A stretch of DNA of 64,000 nucleotides from Adineta vaga (lineage: Eukaryota; Animalia; Rotifera). Under the pieces are notes generated by a model. It was not told where the DNA came from, ran no database searches, and worked only from the letters and a program-made list of their open reading frames with translations. The stretch covers positions 8,370,001 through 8,434,000 of the forward strand of contig CP075493.1 in assembly GCA_021613535.1 (NCBI GenBank), in the 5' to 3' direction. Shown piece after piece: positions 55,886-64,000 of this stretch. How positions within the stretch are numbered: position 1 is the first letter of the stretch; each line of letters starts with the position of its first letter. The translations under genes were made by a program, and so were the position numbers.

Positions 55886-57359
55886 ATGACCTCCCGTTTA
55901 AGAAAATATGTTACTGCACTCGCATCGGCAAGAGATTATGTTGCTCAATGGTCATCGGATCATATCTATGCTGATCAAGCATTGATTGTTCCATTTCCAA
56001 CTCTCGCAATATTTGATCCAACAACACATGTTTGGTCAATACAGATTAAAGCTTGGCTATATTTACCATTCGAAGGTAGAAAATTGAAGAGTTATTTACC
56101 ATCATTACCGGGCTTTTTAACTGGAAAAACGGATGAAACAAAACCTGAAGAGACAACAAATGAAGATTCGAAGAAAGTAGATGCTGAAAAAAAATTAACA
56201 GCCGCCATTGCTATAGAAGAAAATAAGAAGGCTAAAGAACAAGATGAAGAATCTCCTGACGATGATGAAAATGAAAATGATGATATCTATGCAGATGCAT
56301 TACGTAAGTAGTGAATAGAAAAGATAATCTCAAAACGTTTTTTTTAATATTCAATAGAAGATGAACTTGATGAAACAAATGAAAATCCTGGCCGATTAGG
56401 TTTATTTTTTGTCGGTAATTCTGTTAAAGTTGTAACAAAATCAATTATCAATGGTGTTGAACATTTACTTCAACCATCGGATGAAAGTGGTTTTATTGAA
56501 GAACAACTTGAATTATCCGATAAAGAGATTCATTCACTGTGTACTAAAATTCATCCTGAATCAGATGATAAAAAGTTCGAATATGACATTCAAATCAATG
56601 ATATCAAAACTGATGTTCAACAAGATCGTTGTAAAGCATTCAAATGTACTATCTATGTTCTTGCATCACATGGTGTTAGTGTTATATCAGATATTGATGA
56701 TACAATAAAAGTCACAAAAGTACTCAGTAAACGAGCTCTATTGAAACATACATTTTACAGTTATTTTAAACCGGTGGATGGAATGAGTGAACTCTATCAG
56801 AAATGGAGCGAACAAAAATGTCAATTTCATTATGTGAGTGCTAGTCCTTGGCAATTGTAAGTTGAAATTCATTGTTTCTCTTGATAAATTGAAAATATTT
56901 TGTATACATTTAGGTATCCAGCACTTCGTTGTTTTCTAGAAAAATATAAATATCCAATGGGTACAATGAATTTACGAAAATTTACATGGAGTTTAAAATT
57001 TCTCAAACTTCCAGATACGTATAAAATTGAAACGATTACTCAGATTATCAACGCTTATCCATTAAGAAAATATATTTGTGTTGGAGATTCAGGTTAGAAT
57101 TGATGATGAAAAATGAATTCATTGGTCTTCTCTGATTATTCTAGGTGAACTTGATCCAGAAATTTATTCGAAATTGTATCAAACATTTCCGCAGAATATA
57201 GCTCATATTTTTATACGAGATATCTGTCATCTACCTGAATGTTTACCAACATGTCATGAACGATATGTCAAAGCATTTGAGAATATTCCAAAAGAACGAT
57301 GGACTGTTTTTAAAGATCCAATAAAAGCCGAAGTCAGCATTGCAAAGTTAATCGGCTAA
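55886..57359 (+). CDS. App1-type phosphatidate phosphatase (DUF2183/APP1_cat, HAD-like), 4 exons
   Basis: GVSVISDIDDTIKVT (DxDxT), PVDGMSELY, FHYVSASPWQLYP, YPLRKYICVGDSGELDPEIY, IFIRD. Confidence 0.9.
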
Positions 57360-57507
57360 GAAACTTTTGTCACATCTATTAAATTCAATGGTTTTCGTTT
57401 TTATATTTGTTTCCTAATCAATAATCTCTGAATTTTTGTAACAACAAAAAAAAACTAGCAATAACAATAACAGATATAGATAGATATTTCAATTCGCAAT
57501 CTTCATT

Positions 57508-58125
57508 CTATTCATGAAAACGAAAACATTCATTGACAATAACCCATGTTGAAGAAATAACATCTACAGTTAACACGAATGTATGTGAAAAAAGGCGTTT
57601 TTCTTTGGCCACCGTAATACTTTCCGATGATCCATAAGCAACTGCACCACTAACAAAAACTTGATAAGTTGTATCTTCATCTGGAAATAGATCTACAACA
57701 TGACAAGATTTGATTGGCTAGTTCTTTGTTATTACAATACCTTTCATCGAAAAAAAATCTAGTGCATAAATATGATGTTTAGTTGGCGGTAAAGCTACTA
57801 AATAACTTGCAATTGCATTTTGACCCTCGATTTCTGTTCCATTCCAAATTAATTTTGCTTGATTTTGATAGAATTTATCGACATTCTATACAGAATTCAA
57901 CTTGTCGTTTTTGTAAAAATCTTGAAAATAAGACCTTACATGTCTTCGCGTATCTAATATAGCATAATATCTTTTCGAAAAATTTGCGACAGCATCTGCA
58001 TCTTCACGAAATTTTCTTTGCTAAATAATAATTCATAGAAAACTCGATAATGACAAAAGTTCCCGTTTTTTTTTCTAGTATCGAAAGATTTTCTCTCACA
58101 CCTGATCAATATTTGTTGTAGCCAT
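57508..58125 (-). CDS. NXT1: NTF2-related export protein (NXT1/2, p15), 4 exons; not in ORF track
   Basis: Spliced product FSKRYYAILDTRRH-NVDKFY..AKLIWNGTEIEG..LPPTKH..LD..VSGAV..FSHTFVL..WVIVNECFRFHE*. Confidence 0.88.
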
Positions 58126-58295
58126 GAATGAAGATACGAGAAACGCAAAAAAATCAATAAGAGCTGATCTGAAATGTGAACTATGTGTTTTGTTTTATTT
58201 ATAAATCAGTCAAAATGATTAGTAAATATATATATAGTCAAGTAACTATAAAAAAAAGGGAAAGAGACAAAAAGAAAAATTTTCCAAAAGTTTTA

Positions 58296-59275
58296 TTAAT
58301 GTCGTTGATCACGTTCACCATTTTCATGACGATTGCTTCGTTTTGAACTGAAAATAGGAAAAAAGTAGGAGTGATATAGGATGCATCCTTTATCTTTGTC
58401 TATTACCGTGATGTTGATCGAGAGCGTGATCTGAAAAGACAAATCCAAACAATTTTATTCGAACAAGAACATGTTTTTCAAAAGTGAACTTACCGTCGAT
58501 TGCTTCCGCTACGTGAGCGATGTTTTGAACGTCGACGAGATCTTGAGCGTGAGCGTGTTCTAAGAAAGAATGGGTATGTTTTTTTTTTCTGTCAGCAAAA
58601 TTATTTGTTGTCAGGATTTCTCGACGATACTAAATCTGCTCGGTTAAATCGCCTGGAGTCTCGCTCTGTTTAGGTAAATGCAGCAAACCACCGGGATAAA
58701 CCATATATTAGCTTTTTATATTCTCGATGAAAATACTGGAAACAGCATCTTCGAACTGGAGAATACCTGGATGAATAGAGTTAATCGAGTGAATTTTTAC
58801 GGAATGGGTAAATGGAAAACTCCGATATAAATTCATGCATAGGAACTACTTAGATTGATTATTATACTTACCGTCGACGACGTCCTTTATCGCGACTTTC
58901 ACTTGTTGATGCACGACCATAACGAGCAAATTGAACACGAATTTCTCGCCCATCAACATCAGCACCATCCATTCGATCAAGTGCTTCTTCAGCATCACGT
59001 TTTTTAAAATAACTTCAATGAAAAAATGCAATGATATTTCACTGTGAAGAAACTTGCATTCATACTCACCGAATGAAAGCATAACCACGACTTGAGCGAG
59101 AAAATTGATCACGCGGAATATAGATATCACCAATAGAGCCATACTTTTCGAAATATCGTCGTAAATCTTCAACACGCGTACGATAGGTTAAATTATCGAC
59201 TTTGAGTGAATGCATCACGTCGATATTGGGTGGCGTTGAACGATGATCACCATCGGCTCGAGATCGATTGCTCAT
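58296..59275 (-). CDS. SRSF2: Serine/arginine-rich splicing factor 2 (SC35), 5 exons
   Basis: [62 protein letters not shown] followed by RS exons. Confidence 0.93.
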
Positions 59276-60143
59276 GTTGAAAAATAAAGATTTTACGTTT
59301 ACGTTATCAAATGAATGAATGAATAAGTGAATGAAAACAAAAACAAACTATGTATCGAAGAATTGAGAAAGTAGGAAGAAGAGAAGAAAAATATATTAAA
59401 CAATGACGAATAGTAGCCATTTCTATGTTGAATTAAATTAAAAGCATATAGAGGCTTATATGAAGAAGGATGACATCTGTTGAAAATTATTTTTCAGATG
59501 TCCCTTTTTTTACTTTTCATTGTTTAACACTTTTCTTATAAAAACCGAAGATGCGACGTGAAAAGAACTCTAACTTATAGAGTAAGACTTATTTTATTCC
59601 ACTGCTTTCTAGTTTTGAAAAAGCAAGATGTCCGATCCGATCAATTTTCGACGATGGGAAAATATCACTTCTTTTCTTAGATCAACAAAGAAAAAGTCTC
59701 TTTCCATAAAGAATTGATGTTTATGGTGAATAACTGAATAGGCTGACAAGTTTATCAAAATGAATCGATAGAAACTCAACTGCAATTATAAACAATAAAA
59801 ACGTTGTTTTTGATTTTATCATTTGCCCTTAGCTATCTTATAATGAGACCATGTTTAAATCAAGGTATACATTCGATATATTAACTAATAAAAAAAGATA
59901 AAAAGTGCATTAAATGCTACTCGTATAATACGAGAGAGTTTGTCTCTATGGTGAGTTTTTTCATATCTCAAAATCAAGACAATCAATCATCATTTTTTTT
60001 ACGATGGAACTTGAATATTTCATTTGATTGCTTTGATTTGATGTTGAAAACTTACTAAACGAATGATTAACAATACTCTCGATATGGATGATTTGGTCGT
60101 TTATAAATGTAAATTTCATTTCGTAACCATTATATATCTAACA

Positions 60144-61372
60144 ATGACTAGTTGGACACTGCGACATATGCATCGATATTTATGTGTTGGCTATATTGTT
60201 TTATTCATTCTTATACTAGTTTTTAATTTTCATATCTTCACATGGCAATCAAATTATTCTGATGACCGTATAAATCGACCAACATACTGTAATCAATCAA
60301 TCATTCGTAAACATTTTATGCAAAATAAAAGGTATCTTTCGATGATTATTAGCTGTTATATTTCAGTCGACTTTTTAGTTCTCCATATTTATTTGCACAA
60401 AATACAAATCAATTCACTTTCTCCTACGAATTATCCAATAACAACACATGTTCTTCAACGGTTCCACACGCTCTCATTTTTGTTATTTCGAAATCTATCA
60501 ATTTTGCTTCTCGTCTTGCTATTCGTCGTACTTGGGGAGATCTATCACACATAACTTCAATAGCAAAATTCTCACATCTCCGTCTTAAACTTCTCTTTCT
60601 CATCGATATCGATGAAACACATATGCTAAGTATTAAACTTGAACAATCAATTTATAATGATCTTGTTCAAGTTCGTTTACCAGAACAATATGCTCTATCA
60701 ACATATCGTGATATGGCCATTTTAGATTGGACAGAAACATATTGTTCACAAGTTTTACTAACGATTAAAACTGATGACGATATTTTTTTGAATATATTCT
60801 TATTAGCAAATGCTTTGACACATATTCTTCGAAATACAACTAGTCAACATGCAAAAATTCAATGTCAATTTCTTGAAAAATTCAATTCATCTCCAGTTAT
60901 TTATGGTATGAAATTTCATAATGCGCAGGTCGTTCGTAGTGTGAATGATCTACGATCAGAAAATGCTCGTTATATAATAACGAATGATGAATATCCATGT
61001 ACTTATTATCCGGATTATATGAGTGGATTTGGATATATTGTTGATCGAAATGCACGTTTAAAACTTCTCTGTGCTTTCGCTCGACGCACAAAATCTTTTC
61101 AATTGTCGGATGTTTATGTAACTGGTATTTTACCTGAATATATGAATATTCAACGACGACATTTACGTTTTAAAATAAGTTATCAATCTATGAAAGATAA
61201 TTGTGAGTTATTTTTCAATGAAAATAATGCATACGCATGTGCAACATCATTACATTATGCACAGGACACACTATCGATATCAAGAGATGTTTATATTTTC
61301 GAAAGATTTAATGTATATTGGAAACGTGTTTTTCAAAATCGATTAGCGTATATAAATCGAAATCGTTTTTAA
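60144..61372 (+). CDS. GT31 beta-1,3-galactosyltransferase-family protein, 2 exons
   Basis: N-terminal TM anchor, RLAIRRTWG, DLVQV, IKTDDDIFLN, YPDYMSGFGY, SDVYVTGIL; intron ~60332-60378. Confidence 0.88.
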
Positions 61373-62475
61373 TAAAATTTCAATAGATGTACATGTAAAG
61401 CAAACTTCTATTTATACGAATCAGAGTTCATAGTATAGAATAATCTTCTGAATAATACCGTCATTGCTTGGTAAAAGAGAAATAAATTTCAGATCAAAAC
61501 TCAAAGATAACTTGGAATATAGAGATTAAAATAAAATATTCTATAGTTTATATGTTATTGATTGCAAAACAAAAGAAGTATATAAAATATACGTTGATAA
61601 ATCAAGTAACTAAGATATTTTTGAGTGATTTCAGAACTGGAAAATGTTTTTTTCAATGTTTTTCACATAATTCTTATCGAATTTCCAAGTTTAGTTAGAA
61701 TAAATTTGACTAATACCTACTCCCATTAGTAACAAAGATTATTGTAACTAGAAAATGCATTGCTTCTGACTTTCCAGTTTCTGTTCAATTTAGATAATGA
61801 ATGTAGTTTCATCTTCGATATATTTCAAAAAACATTTAACACTCTAGATTTGCTTGTCGTGTGAAGATTGACATCTCATTCTTGATTACTAAACTTAACT
61901 ATACGTCTTTCTGATCAACTATCTTTCTAACTATTGCTAACAATAACAATTTCTTTAAATATATGAATGTTAAGTAATAGAAAAGTTCAATTGCGGCCGT
62001 ATCCACTAAAAATTGTATTTAAAAATTAGAAGAAAAAGAATAGGTTTGTTTGTCTGCGTACGTACATACAATCTTACATAAACATACACGCACACATCTG
62101 TCTTTTTTACACATGTCGGACTGCCAGCATCACCTTTTTTTCGAACATAGTTACAATACACACAAAATGTGTCGAAAAAAGAAAAACCGAAGAGAAAAAA
62201 ATACGGACGATAGCTAAAAAAGAAAGAATGTGAAACAAAAAAAGAAGATGAGCAAAAAACGAAAGGGAAAGAGAGCGAGAAAGAGGAAGAGAAAGAGAAA
62301 GCGCGTAAAAACAACAAAACAAACGAAATGTGTCTTTAATCTTTACCAGTTCCTCCATACATAGTATGTAAATGATACTACGACTACCATCATACGAATG
62401 AAAAAAAAAGGTTACCGATCAACAAATAGAAGAACACATAGAATGGGCTGATGTCGATTGTAGTTCATGAAAAAA

Positions 62476-62977
62476 TTACATCATTGTTTTGCTTTGTTGT
62501 TGATGTTGTTGTGATCGTAGATTTGTTTGTAATGGTGGAGTGGATATTGGAGATGTTAATTGACTGCGAAAATACGCCCCTTTTTGAGCTAAAAAACAGC
62601 AAATGTTATTCTTTAAGTTTTTCTCTATTGGATTGAAACTTACTTGAATCAATATTTGGTGAGGTCATCACTAGACAGAAGGGATTAAAATGATTTCTTT
62701 CTTTTCAAATTATTCAAAACATACCTTTCTGTGGTGTTGCACCTGGTACATCTTTTCCACCGGGTGGTTTTTGTCGTCCATGAATTGTATTTTGTAATTG
62801 TTTACGTACAAATTCACTTGTACAACGCGTCGTTTGAAAACTATTCAAATCGGATATATATATATATACAGATATATATTTTGTTTCGTCGTACCTTAAA
62901 CAGTTCATCATTTGATTATTTAATTCTTCAGATTGACGACACTCAACAGAAGTTAAATTTGGCACCGATGGATTCAT
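62476..62977 (-). CDS. Uncharacterised short spliced protein, or 3' end of a longer gene
   Basis: Four phase-compatible exons with GT-AG introns: MNPSVPNL..CLS / FQTTRCTSEFVRKQLQNTIHGRQ.. / VMTSPNIDS / TQKGAYFRSQLTSP..KTMM*. Further donor sites upstream (~63216). Confidence 0.5.
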
Positions 62978-64000
62978 GAGATTATTTGTGTCTAATAAAT
63001 AATTGACGGTTAGTCAGAGATTGAGAGAAAAGTTTCTACGTACTATGTGAATTTTGTTGAATATTTGCCGATAGCGCTGCACTCATATTAGAATATGGCT
63101 AAAAAAGAAAGTAAAACAAATAAATGGGACTGTTCTATTACCAAAAAAATGTTCTTTCTTTCCTTCTTTCTTTTCTGCTAATTTGGATTTATATTCGGGT
63201 AGAGTCAAGGTCTTACGATCCGATGTGAACCAAGAGAAAAAGAAGAAATGTTGCCTTGAACTTACAAGCACAAATGAGAACGAGAGAACATCCGCTTATG
63301 AATGAGAATTAGGTTTGTGTTCAATTCACAATCTATGTCAGCCACTGTCGATATATATGTATGTTACTCAATCTTGGTCATGTACACAATCATTAGAATA
63401 AAAAGAAAAGAAGAAAATTCTTCTTCGGATCAATTGATCGGGTGCCTTATGTGCAAACTGAAGGACAATTACTAACCTAAATCTCTATTCTGTTTTATTT
63501 GATATCTGTCATCATATCAATAGTGACCAACAAACATTATGTGAGCCATTGATTAACCTATATTGTTGCTCTCTCTCTCTCTAGTTCAACATACCACCTT
63601 GACCTCTCCTTTTCTTCTTCATTCATTCATTCATTCATCCATTCTCTTTTGAGGGTGTGTACTCATTTATATATGTACGATGATGAATTAATATTGAACA
63701 TATGATACAACATTCACGATTATATAATCACTACTTCCGTTACAGAACGAGAATCATATGACAATAATTCATCAATGAAATCTTTATTTGAAAAAAAGAA
63801 GAAAAGAAAACTCAAGAATGTTTCGAGTTATTCAGTTTAGACGAACAAAGCCTTGAGATTATCAAACTGAAGTGAACCCTTCTTTTTTGAAGACCTTCAA
63901 TAAAGATATAAGAGAATGAGAGAAGAAGAGAGAGAGAGAGAAAAAGAGATTCTTTCTATTCCTTTCTCGTTTTTTTTTGTATTTCATATACACATACTAC

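Overview
AT-rich (roughly 30% GC by eye), very gene-dense eukaryotic DNA with mostly 50-60 nt GT-AG introns. It is animal DNA (AMPA-type iGluR, EGF-CFC, abLIM/dematin, Rab26/37, OTUD5). The compact introns and several non-metazoan-looking genes suggest a bdelloid rotifer (inference). I can reconstruct about 27 spliced genes and see no rRNA, tRNA, CRISPR array or recognisable transposase. Main points: (1) a candidate cell-death/immunity locus at 45.7-54.8 kb. It has a chimeric 5-BIR+RING IAP with two frameshifts and a stand-alone IAP-type RING gene, transcribed divergently across a perfect 26-bp palindrome (kappaB/NFAT-like site and TATA-like tract in both directions). Nearby are a secreted prepro-knottin peptide and a signal-less serpin with an acidic P1 resembling SERPINB9/CrmA. 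(2) A prokaryote-like caspase-fold protease with an unusual Cys/His-rich tail, next to a decayed double GRF zinc-finger gene missing from the ORF track. (3) Three further horizontal-transfer candidates: acetyl-CoA synthetase, isochorismatase/nicotinamidase and App1 phosphatidate phosphatase. (4) Convergent Rab26/37 and CMTR2 genes whose stop codons overlap on one TTAA. (5) Several long introns with probable poison exons or RNA structure. All family calls come from motif recognition, not database searches.
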